From assembly GCF_000014785.1 (NCBI RefSeq), contig NC_008340.1:2370001-2402000 (forward strand): a stretch of DNA of 32,000 nucleotides. The letters run 5' to 3'. Each line of letters starts with the position of its first letter. Position 1 is the first letter of the stretch. Below are positions 10,581 through 17,874 of this stretch, piece after piece. Source of the stretch: Alkalilimnicola ehrlichii MLHE-1. GTDB taxonomy: Bacteria; Pseudomonadota; Gammaproteobacteria; Nitrococcales; Halorhodospiraceae. The position numbers and the translations under genes were made by a program. Under the pieces are notes generated by a model that made no database searches, had not been told where the DNA came from, and saw nothing but the letters and a program-made list of their open reading frames with translations.

Positions 10581-11858
10581 CTATTTTGCGGCCTCCAGGG
10601 CCTGGTCGATGTCCGCGATGATGTCGTCCACGTGCTCGATGCCCACCGCGATGCGCACCATGTCCTGACTGACCCCCGCCTGCTCCAGCTCCGCCTCGTT
10701 CAACTGGCGGTGGGTGGTGGTGGCCGGATGAGTGGCCAGCGACTTGGCGTCACCGATGTTCACCAGGCGGGTGATGAGTTGCAGGGCATCAATGAACTTC
10801 GCCCCGGCCTCCTTGCCCCCGCGGATACCGAAGGAGAGGATGCCGGAGGCCATACCACCGCGCATGTACTTCTGCACCAGCGGGTCGTCCGGGCTGGACT
10901 CCAGGCCGGCATACTTCACCCAGGTCACCTGCGGGTGGTTCTGCAGGTGCTGCGCCACGGCCAGGGCGTTCTCACTGTGCCGCTCCATGCGCAGGTGCAG
11001 GGTCTCGATCCCCTGCAGCAGCTGGAAGGCGTTCATGGGCGAGAGCGCGGCGCCGGTATTGCGCAGGGGCACCACCCGGCAGCGGCCGATGAAGGCGGCC
11101 GGCCCCAGGGCCTCGGTATAGACCACCCCGTGGTAGGACGGGTCCGGCTCCACCATCATCGGGAAGCGTTCGCCGTGGTCCGCCCAGGGGAACTTGCCCG
11201 AATCCACGATGACCCCGCCCACGGTGGTGCCGTGACCGCCCATGAACTTGGTCAGTGAGTGCACGACGATATCCGCGCCGTCATCGATCGGCCGCCAGAG
11301 AAAGGGCGTGGGCACGGTGTTGTCCACGATCAGCGGCACCCCGTGACGGTGGGCGATCTCCGCCAGCCGCCCGATATCCGCCAGCTCGCCGGAGGGATTG
11401 CCCACCGTCTCGCAGAAGACCGCCTTGGTCTTGCCATCGATCAGCGCCTCCAGCCGGTCAAAGTCGTCGTGGCTGGCCATACGCACCTCGATACCGAAGT
11501 TGGGCATGGTGTGCGCGAACAGGTTGTAGGTGCCGCCGTAGAGCTTGCTGGTGGAGACGATATTGTCACCGGACCGGGTGATGCACTGAAGGGCGTAGGT
11601 GATGGCCGCCATACCCGAGGCCACGGCCAACCCGCCGATACCCCCCTCCAGTTCGGCCACCCGCTGCTCCAACACCGCGTTGGTGGGGTTCATGATGCGG
11701 GTGTAGATGTTGCCCTCCACCTTGAGGTCGAACAGATCCGCCCCATGCTGGGTGTTGTCGAAGGCGTAGCTGGTGGTCTGGTAGATGGGCACCGCCACCG
11801 CCTTGGTGGTCGGGTCCGGGCTGTAGCCCGCGTGGATTGCCAGGGTTTCCGGTTTCAC
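10581..11858 (-). CDS. metY: O-acetylhomoserine sulfhydrylase (aminocarboxypropyltransferase), PLP-dependent
   Basis: 425-aa ORF with a GTG start preceded by GAGGGAG. The N-terminus (MKPETLAIHAGYSPDPTTKAVAVPIYQTTSYAFDNTQHGADLF) and the PLP-lysine motif (VVHSLTKFMGGHG) are typical of the MetY/Cys-Met-metabolism family. Confidence 0.9.
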   Translation of the reverse strand: MKPETLAIHAGYSPDPTTKAVAVPIYQTTSYAFDNTQHGADLFDLKVEGNIYTRIMNPTNAVLEQRVAELEGGIGGLAVASGMAAITYALQCITRSGDNIVSTSKLYGGTYNLFAHTMPNFGIEVRMASHDDFDRLEALIDGKTKAVFCETVGNPSGELADIGRLAEIAHRHGVPLIVDNTVPTPFLWRPIDDGADIVVHSLTKFMGGHGTTVGGVIVDSGKFPWADHGERFPMMVEPDPSYHGVVYTEALGPAAFIGRCRVVPLRNTGAALSPMNAFQLLQGIETLHLRMERHSENALAVAQHLQNHPQVTWVKYAGLESSPDDPLVQKYMRGGMASGILSFGIRGGKEAGAKFIDALQLITRLVNIGDAKSLATHPATTTHRQLNEAELEQAGVSQDMVRIAVGIEHVDDIIADIDQALEAAK

Positions 11859-12099
11859 GTCCTGCTCCCTCTATTCGGTGTTCGGATCCGCAGACGCCTC
11901 TGGGGCGCCGGCTGGTTATTGGCCTCGACCATTCTGCTCAGCAGGGTGCGGGATTAAAAGCCCGGCGCCACTAACAAAATGGCATACCCTTAGGCGACTG
12001 GCTTCTGCGGTCAGAGCGACCGTCTCCGCACCATCATAGTCCAGCCACCACCGCCCGCGAGGGCGCCCCAAAGCCTGACCCACCCCGCGTACCAGCGGC

Positions 12100-12128
12100 T
12101 TGCACTTAGCCCCCAAAGCCCATATATT
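12100..12128 (+). promoter_or_regulatory. Candidate sigma70 promoter of the nrdAB operon
   Basis: TTGCAC (12100-12105), a 17-nt spacer, then TATATT (12123-12128). It sits immediately upstream of the riboswitch-like leader. Confidence 0.5.
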
Positions 12129-12164
12129 GGGCTCTGTCCTCGTGCGCCACACGATATGTGGCCA
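12117..12164 (+). promoter_or_regulatory. Two AT-centred palindromes, possible NrdR boxes
   Basis: AGCCCAtatatTGGGCT (12117-12133) overlaps the -10. Its core CcATATATTG matches the remembered NrdR box core CwAtATaTwG in 9 of 10 positions. GCCACAcgataTGTGGC (12146-12162) is weaker: aligned as 12149-12164 it matches about 10 of 16. Box centres are then about 32 bp apart. Confidence 0.35.
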
Positions 12165-12268
12165 ACGGAGGGGAACACCGGTGAGAATCCGGGGCTGTCG
12201 CGCAACGGTGTGACAGGGCCGTCCAGGCCGCTGTCGAGCCCGAATACCTCCGAGGACCGGCCACCCCC
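12138..12268 (+). promoter_or_regulatory. Cobalamin (B12) riboswitch aptamer in the nrdA leader
   Basis: GGGGAAcaCCGGTGAGAATCCGGgGCTGtCGCGCAACGGTG (12170-12211) matches the conserved cobalamin-riboswitch core. A B12-box-like GAGCCCGAATACCTCCGAGGACCGGCC lies at 12236-12262. Closing pairings are GTGGCC (12158-63)/GGCCAC (12259-64) and CGGAG/CTCCG. Confidence 0.8.
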
Positions 12269-12390
12269 GGCGGGTGTGCCGAGCCCGGAACCTTCGCGTC
12301 AAAGGTGCCCGGGGACAGGACGCCCTCGCTGCAGCCAACCGCCCGTCGCGCTCCGCTGCGTGCGCCCTGCCCTCACATCCCTCGCGTCGG

Positions 12391-12423
12391 TTCCTCCCGG
12401 TTCATCTGGACGAGCAGGAGGAA
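12391..12423 (+). promoter_or_regulatory. SD-sequestering helix of the riboswitch expression platform
   Basis: TTCCTCC (12391-12397) is the exact complement of the nrdA Shine-Dalgarno GGAGGAA (12417-12423). The ATG at 12428 follows 4 nt later. Confidence 0.55.
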
Positions 12424-12427
12424 TCTC

Positions 12428-15214
12428 ATGTCCGCCAAGGCTGCCGAGGCCGCACCAACGGCCCAGAGCGATACCCAGCAGGTCATCCGCCGCAACGGCG
12501 CGCTGACCGCCTTCGACCCCGACAAGATCCAGCTGGCCATGAAGAAGGCCTTCCTGGCCGTGGAGGGCGAGCGATCGGCCGATGCCGCCCGCATCCAGCA
12601 GGTCACCGCCGAACTCACCGCGCAGGTGGTCCAGGCCCTGACCCGGCGCCCCACCGCCACCCCGATCCACATCGAGGATATCCAGGACCAGGTGGAGCTG
12701 GCGCTGATGCGCGCCGGCGAGCACAAGGTGGCCCGCGCCTACGTACTCTACCGCGAGGAACACGCTCGCAAGCGCCGCCAGGAGGCCACGGACGAGCCGC
12801 CGCGGCTGCACATGACCCGCACCGACGGTGAGCAGGTACCGCTGGATGAGTCGCTGCTGCGCCGGGTGCTGCACCACGCCTGCCATGAGCTGGCGGATAC
12901 CGACCCCGAGCGCGTGGCCCGCGAGGCCTGGCGGAACCTCTACGACGGGGTCACCGAGCAGGAGGTGCACAAGGCGCTGATCCTGAGCGCCCGCAGCCTG
13001 ATCGAGCAGGAGCCGGCGTATGGCCACGTGGCCGCGCGCCTGCTGCAACACCAGCTCAACGGCGAGGCCCTGCGCTTTCTCGATTTTCCCTACGACGGCG
13101 CACCCGGCGCCGACCCTGGCTACACCGACTACTTCGCCCGCTACATCCGGCGCGGGGTGGAACTGGAACTGCTGGACGAACAGCTGCTGACCTTCGACCT
13201 GGAGCGGCTGGCCGAGGCCCTGATGCCGGAGCGCGACCTGCAGTTCAACTACCTGGGCCTGCAGACCCTGTACGACCGCTACCTGCAGCACTGGGACGGC
13301 ACCCGCTTCGAGCTGCCCCAGGCCTTCTTCATGCGCGTGGCCATGGGCCTGACCCTGCAGGAGGTGGAGCGCGAGGAGCGGGCCATCGAGTTCTACCGGC
13401 TGCTCTCCAGCTTCGACTTCATGAGTTCCACCCCCACGCTGTTCAATAGCGGCACCCGCCGCCCGCAGCTCTCCAGCTGCTACCTGACCAGCGTGCCCGA
13501 CGACCTGGGCGGTATCTACGGCGCCATCCGCGACAATGCCCTGCTGTCCAAGTTTGCCGGCGGCCTGGGCAACGACTGGACCCGCGTTCGGGCCATGGGC
13601 GCCCACATCAAGGGCACCAACGGCCGCTCCCAGGGCGTGGTGCCCTTCCTCAAGGTGGCCAGCGACACCGCCGTGGCGGTGAACCAGGGGGGCAAGCGCA
13701 AGGGTGCGGTCTGCGCCTACCTGGAGACCTGGCACCTGGACGTGGAGGAGTTCCTGGAGCTGCGCAAGAACACCGGCGACGACCGCCGCCGCACCCACGA
13801 CATGAACACTGCCCACTGGGTGCCCGACCTGTTCATGCAGCGGGCCGAGGCCGACGCCGACTGGACCCTCTTCTCGCCGGACGATGCCGCTCACCTGCAC
13901 GAGCTTTACGGCCAGGCGTTCAAGGCCGCCTACGAAGACCTGGAGGCCCGGGCGGCGCGCGGTGAGATCCGCAACTACAAGGTGGTCTCCGCCAAGCAGC
14001 TCTGGCGCCGCATGCTGGGCATGCTGTTCGAGACCGGCCACCCCTGGATCACCTTCAAGGACCCGTGCAACCTGCGCTCCCCGCAGCAGCACGCGGGTGT
14101 GGTGCACAGCTCCAACCTGTGCACGGAGATCACCCTGAACACCTCGGACGAAGAGATCGCCGTCTGCAACCTGGGCTCGGTGAACCTCGCGGCCCATACC
14201 ACCCCCGATGGTCTGGACCACGAGCGGCTGCGCAACACGGTCCGCACCGCCATGCGCATGCTGGATAACGTCATCGATATCAACTACTACAGCGTGCCCC
14301 AGGCCCGCCGCGCCAACCTGCGCCACCGCCCGGTGGGGCTGGGCGTGATGGGGTTCCAGGACGCGCTTTACGCCCAGGACCTGCCCTACGCCAGCGACGA
14401 GGCGGTCGCCTTCGCCGACCGCAGCCAGGAGGCGATCAGCTACTACGCCATCGAGGCCTCGGCGGACCTGGCGCGGGAACGGGGGGCCTACCCCAGTTTC
14501 GAGGGCTCGCTCTGGCAGCGCGGTGAGCTGCCGCTGGATTCCATTCAGCGGGTGGTGGAGGCACGGGATGGCGATTGCACCATGGACACCTCGTCCAGCC
14601 TGGACTGGGCCGCCCTGCGGGAGAAGGTGCGCACCGGCATGCGCAACTCCAACTGCCTGGCGATCGCCCCCACGGCCACTATCGCCAACATCGTCGGGGT
14701 CTCTCAGGGGATCGAGCCGGCGTTCAAGAACCTGTACGTCAAATCCAACCTCTCCGGCGAGTTCACCGTGGTGAACCCGGCCCTGGTCCGGGCGCTGAAG
14801 GCGTACGGCTTGTGGGATGCGGTGATGGTGAATGACCTGAAGTATTACGACGGCAGCGTGCAGCCCATCGGCCGTGTACCGGAGGAACTGAAACAGCGCT
14901 TCGCCACCGCCTTCGAACTGGACTCGGAGTGGCTGGTCCAGGCCGGCAGCCGGCGGCAGAAGTGGCTGGACCAGTCCCAGTCGCTGAACCTCTACATGGC
15001 CGAGCCCTCGGGGCCGAAGCTGGATGCGCTCTACCGCCAGGCCTGGCGCTTGGGGCTGAAGACCACCTACTACCTGCGCAGCACCGGGGCCACCCAGGTG
15101 GAGAAGAGCACCATGGACCCGGCGCGGGCCAACCGGTTGAACGCGGTGAGCGCGGCGCCGGGGGGTGGGCAGAGCTGTTCGGTTGATGATCCGGAGTGTG
15201 AGGCGTGTCAGTAG
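12428..15214 (+). CDS. nrdA: Ribonucleoside-diphosphate reductase alpha subunit, with duplicated N-terminal ATP-cone region
   Basis: The track ORF 12305..15214 starts inside the leader. I prefer ATG 12428 after AGGAGGAA (928 aa). ATP-cone (VIRRNGALTAFDPDKIQLAMKKAF), a second degenerate cone (RTDGEQVPLDESLLRRVL), active-site SSNLCTEI, and a C-terminal redox pair CEAC. Confidence 0.93.
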   Translation: MSAKAAEAAPTAQSDTQQVIRRNGALTAFDPDKIQLAMKKAFLAVEGERSADAARIQQVTAELTAQVVQALTRRPTATPIHIEDIQDQVELALMRAGEHKVARAYVLYREEHARKRRQEATDEPPRLHMTRTDGEQVPLDESLLRRVLHHACHELADTDPERVAREAWRNLYDGVTEQEVHKALILSARSLIEQEPAYGHVAARLLQHQLNGEALRFLDFPYDGAPGADPGYTDYFARYIRRGVELELLDEQLLTFDLERLAEALMPERDLQFNYLGLQTLYDRYLQHWDGTRFELPQAFFMRVAMGLTLQEVEREERAIEFYRLLSSFDFMSSTPTLFNSGTRRPQLSSCYLTSVPDDLGGIYGAIRDNALLSKFAGGLGNDWTRVRAMGAHIKGTNGRSQGVVPFLKVASDTAVAVNQGGKRKGAVCAYLETWHLDVEEFLELRKNTGDDRRRTHDMNTAHWVPDLFMQRAEADADWTLFSPDDAAHLHELYGQAFKAAYEDLEARAARGEIRNYKVVSAKQLWRRMLGMLFETGHPWITFKDPCNLRSPQQHAGVVHSSNLCTEITLNTSDEEIAVCNLGSVNLAAHTTPDGLDHERLRNTVRTAMRMLDNVIDINYYSVPQARRANLRHRPVGLGVMGFQDALYAQDLPYASDEAVAFADRSQEAISYYAIEASADLARERGAYPSFEGSLWQRGELPLDSIQRVVEARDGDCTMDTSSSLDWAALREKVRTGMRNSNCLAIAPTATIANIVGVSQGIEPAFKNLYVKSNLSGEFTVVNPALVRALKAYGLWDAVMVNDLKYYDGSVQPIGRVPEELKQRFATAFELDSEWLVQAGSRRQKWLDQSQSLNLYMAEPSGPKLDALYRQAWRLGLKTTYYLRSTGATQVEKSTMDPARANRLNAVSAAPGGGQSCSVDDPECEACQ

Positions 15215-15296
15215 TTTCGGGTGATCCGGGGCTGCTGATCCGGGCGTGCTGGAGCGCCGGTCGGGTGGGACGACTTCGTTTTAGTGCCGGAACGGT

Positions 15297-15398
15297 CTGG
15301 CCGGGGGGATCGGGGACGAATACGCCGTGAATACGTCCCTGTAGGCTCGTAGGCAGCATCCCTGCTGCCTACGATTCGTCCCCGATCCCCCCGGCCAG
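15297..15398. repeat. REP-like nested palindromic element A
   Basis: Perfect 25-bp terminal inverted repeats: CTGGCCGGGGGGATCGGGGACGAAT (15297-15321) and ATTCGTCCCCGATCCCCCCGGCCAG (15374-15398). An inner 11-bp hairpin CGTAGGCAGCA-tccc-TGCTGCCTACG lies at 15348-15373, and the core TACGTCCCTGTAGGCTCGT at 15332-15350. Confidence 0.8.
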
Positions 15399-15541
15399 CC
15401 CTGACAACCGACAGGGAAGTGGCTTACGGAGTGCAGCCCACTACCGACACCCACTGCAGCCACCCGGCTCCGTCCCGTCTCCAGCGCACGGCCGAGCAAC
15501 CCGCGACACCAGAGTCGCGGCGGAGGGCAACCGGCGATCAC

Positions 15542-15683
15542 GACGGTGAGTCCGGGTAGCGGGCGGGCGGAATTCGATTCAGGGGCGTCGCTGGCCAGGG
15601 ATGGCCAGCGACGAGCCTACAGGGACGTACTTGCGGCGTCCCCTGAAGCGAAATCCGCCCGCCCGCTACCCGGACTCACCGTC
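15542..15683. repeat. REP-like nested palindromic element B (same family as A, opposite orientation)
   Basis: 30-bp perfect terminal inverted repeats (15542-15571 and 15654-15683), extending imperfectly to about 44 bp. An inner 11-bp hairpin GTCGCTGGCCA-ggga-TGGCCAGCGAC lies at 15587-15612. The 19-nt core ACGAGCCTACAGGGACGTA (15611-15629) is the reverse complement of the element A core. Confidence 0.8.
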
Positions 15684-15789
15684 AGGCCACCCGATCCACC
15701 CTCAAGCACCCCCGCCGCGGACTGGAAAGGACAGGACAAAGTCAACGACATTCAAGCCGACCTAAAGGGAACAACATAAGGAGAACACC

Positions 15790-16854
15790 ATGCAAAACCA
15801 GAACGCCACCGGCCTGGAGGCCATCGAAGCCGGCGCCCACCGCGTCAGCGTGGACGAGAAGCGCATGATCAACTGCCGCGCCGACGTGAACCAGCTGCTG
15901 CCCCTCAAGTACGAGTGGGCCTGGGAGAAGTACCTGGCCGGCTGCAACAACCACTGGATGCCCACCGAGGTGCCCATGGGCGCCGACATCGCCCTCTGGC
16001 GCCACCCCGACGGCCTCACCGCCGACGAACGGCTGATGATCAAGCGCAACCTGGGCTTCTTCGCCACCAGCGAATCCCTGGTCGCCAACAACATCGTCCT
16101 GGCCATCTACCGCCACATCACCAACCCCGAGTGTCGTCAGTACCTGCTGCGCCAGGCCTTCGAGGAGGCCATCCACACCCACACCTTCCAGTACATCGTC
16201 GAGAGCCTCGACCTGGACGAGGGTGAGCTGTTCAACATGTACCGCGAAGTGCCCAGCATCACCGACAAGGCCGCTTGGGCGCTGAAATACACCCAGAATC
16301 TCGAGAGCGGCCACTTCGACACCACCTCCAGGGAGGGGGCGCAAAGCTTCCTGCGCGACCTGGTGGCCTTCTACGTGGTCTTCGAGGGCATGTGGTTCTA
16401 CACCGGCTTCGCCCAGATCCTCTCCCTGGGCCGGCAGAACAAGATGACCGGCATCGCCGAGATGTACCAGTACATCCTGCGCGACGAGTCCATTCACCTG
16501 AACTTCGGCATCGACGTGATCAACCAGATCCGCCACGAAAACCCCGAACTCTGGACCAACGACTTCGAGCAGGAAGTGCTGACCATGCTCCGCGAGGCGG
16601 TCGAACTCGAAGTCGCCTACGCCCGCGACACCATGCCCCGCGGCATGCTCGGGCTGAACGCCGACATGTGCGAGGAGTACATGCACTTCATCACCAACCG
16701 CCGCTGCGCCCAGTTGGGGCTGAAGGAGCTCTACCCCGGGGCCACCAACCCCTTCCCCTGGATGAGCGAAGTGATGGACCTGCAGAAGGAGAAGAACTTC
16801 TTCGAAACCCGGGTCACCGACTACCGCACCGGGGGCGCCCTGCAGTGGGACTAG
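15790..16854 (+). CDS. nrdB: Ribonucleoside-diphosphate reductase beta subunit, class Ic-like (Phe at the radical site)
   Basis: 354-aa ORF after AAGGAG. It is very similar to remembered Chlamydia trachomatis R2c ([38 protein letters not shown]; [20 protein letters not shown]; [23 protein letters not shown]; [16 protein letters not shown]). Phe133 (16186-16188) occupies the position of E. coli Tyr122, and Glu95 that of Asp84. Confidence 0.92.
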   Translation: MQNQNATGLEAIEAGAHRVSVDEKRMINCRADVNQLLPLKYEWAWEKYLAGCNNHWMPTEVPMGADIALWRHPDGLTADERLMIKRNLGFFATSESLVANNIVLAIYRHITNPECRQYLLRQAFEEAIHTHTFQYIVESLDLDEGELFNMYREVPSITDKAAWALKYTQNLESGHFDTTSREGAQSFLRDLVAFYVVFEGMWFYTGFAQILSLGRQNKMTGIAEMYQYILRDESIHLNFGIDVINQIRHENPELWTNDFEQEVLTMLREAVELEVAYARDTMPRGMLGLNADMCEEYMHFITNRRCAQLGLKELYPGATNPFPWMSEVMDLQKEKNFFETRVTDYRTGGALQWD

Positions 16855-17777
16855 GCTGAGGCGGGGCGAATGCCGCTCAGTACCCGAAAGGCGGTCTCGC
16901 GGGCGGTGCGCAGAAAGTCCGCCATCCAGGGCAGGTGGCCATCCTCCTCCCGGGTGGCGGCGTACAACGTGCGCCAGACACCCCCCTCGCCCAGGCTCAG
17001 GGCACAGACGTAGTCCTGCTCCAGGTACTCGGCCAGCGCCCAGTTGGGCATCCCGCAAACCCCGCGGCCACTGGCCACCAGTGGCATCATCAGCACGGCC
17101 ATGGCAGCGGTGCGCACCCGGTGGGGGCGCACGCCGGCCGGGTCCAGGAACTGGGTGAAGATGTCCTGCCGGGCGTGCTCCACCGGATAGGTGATCAACG
17201 TCTCCTCGGCCAGCTCCTGCGGGGCGACCCAGTCCCGGCCGGCCCAGCGGTGGTTGCGGCCCACGGCCAGCAGCGACTGGTAGCGGAACAGCGGCTCATA
17301 GTGCACGCCGGTCAATGGCCTCGGGTCGGCGGTGACCACCAAGTCCAGCTGCTCGCTCCCCAGCGCCGGCAGGGCGTCGAACTGGTGGCCCTCCGGTATG
17401 TCGATCTCCACCTCCGGCCACTGGCGGTGGTACTGATCCAGGGTGGGGAGCAGCCACTGAAAGCAGCTGTGGCACTCGATGGACAGGTGCAGGCGCCCCG
17501 GCCGTTCCCCGCTCATGCGCATCAGCTCCTGCTCGGTGGCCCGCAGTCGGGGCAGCACCTCGTCGGCCAGGTCCAGCAGCCGCTGCCCGGCGGGGGTAAA
17601 GCGTAACGGGCGGCTCTTGCGCAGAAACAGCGTCTGGCCCAGGCGGGCCTCCAGATCCTTGACCTGGTGCGACAGCGCGGACTGGGTCAGGTGCAGTCGG
17701 AGCGCCGCCGCGCTCAGCGAGCCGGTATCGCGCACCGTGGCCAGGGTGCGCAGGTGGCGCAGTTCCAGCGTGTTCAT
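16851..17777 (-). CDS. metR: LysR-family transcriptional activator MetR
   Basis: 308-aa ORF colinear with remembered E. coli MetR ([48 protein letters not shown]). It is divergent from metE. Confidence 0.85.
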   Translation of the reverse strand: MNTLELRHLRTLATVRDTGSLSAAALRLHLTQSALSHQVKDLEARLGQTLFLRKSRPLRFTPAGQRLLDLADEVLPRLRATEQELMRMSGERPGRLHLSIECHSCFQWLLPTLDQYHRQWPEVEIDIPEGHQFDALPALGSEQLDLVVTADPRPLTGVHYEPLFRYQSLLAVGRNHRWAGRDWVAPQELAEETLITYPVEHARQDIFTQFLDPAGVRPHRVRTAAMAVLMMPLVASGRGVCGMPNWALAEYLEQDYVCALSLGEGGVWRTLYAATREEDGHLPWMADFLRTARETAFRVLSGIRPASA

Positions 17778-17874
17778 GAGAAAATTTAATCATCCAATTG
17801 AAAAAGGCGCGATTGATTCATGATACCCCAACGCGGAAACTGCCGCGAATCATTCAATACCGACGGAGGTTTTC
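17778..17874. promoter_or_regulatory. metR-metE divergent control region
   Basis: 97-bp AT-rich spacer between the divergent start codons. It contains dyads (GAATCATTC at about 17847-17855, TGATTCATGA at about 17814-17823). I found no exact TGAA-N5-TTCA MetR consensus. Confidence 0.35.

Noticed and set aside
11859-12099. Looked for a SAM riboswitch (SAM-I, SAM-II or SAM-V) in the roughly 240-nt region upstream of metY on the minus strand.
   Set aside because: I could not find the conserved cores I remember for these classes. Only small hairpins are present (for example GCCAttttgttagTGGC). A cmsearch against RF00162, RF00521 and RF01826 would settle it, so I make no claim.
17778-17874. Looked for a B12 riboswitch upstream of metE.
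   Set aside because: Only 97 bp separate the metR and metE start codons, which is too short for the aptamer, and none of the conserved B12 motifs are present.
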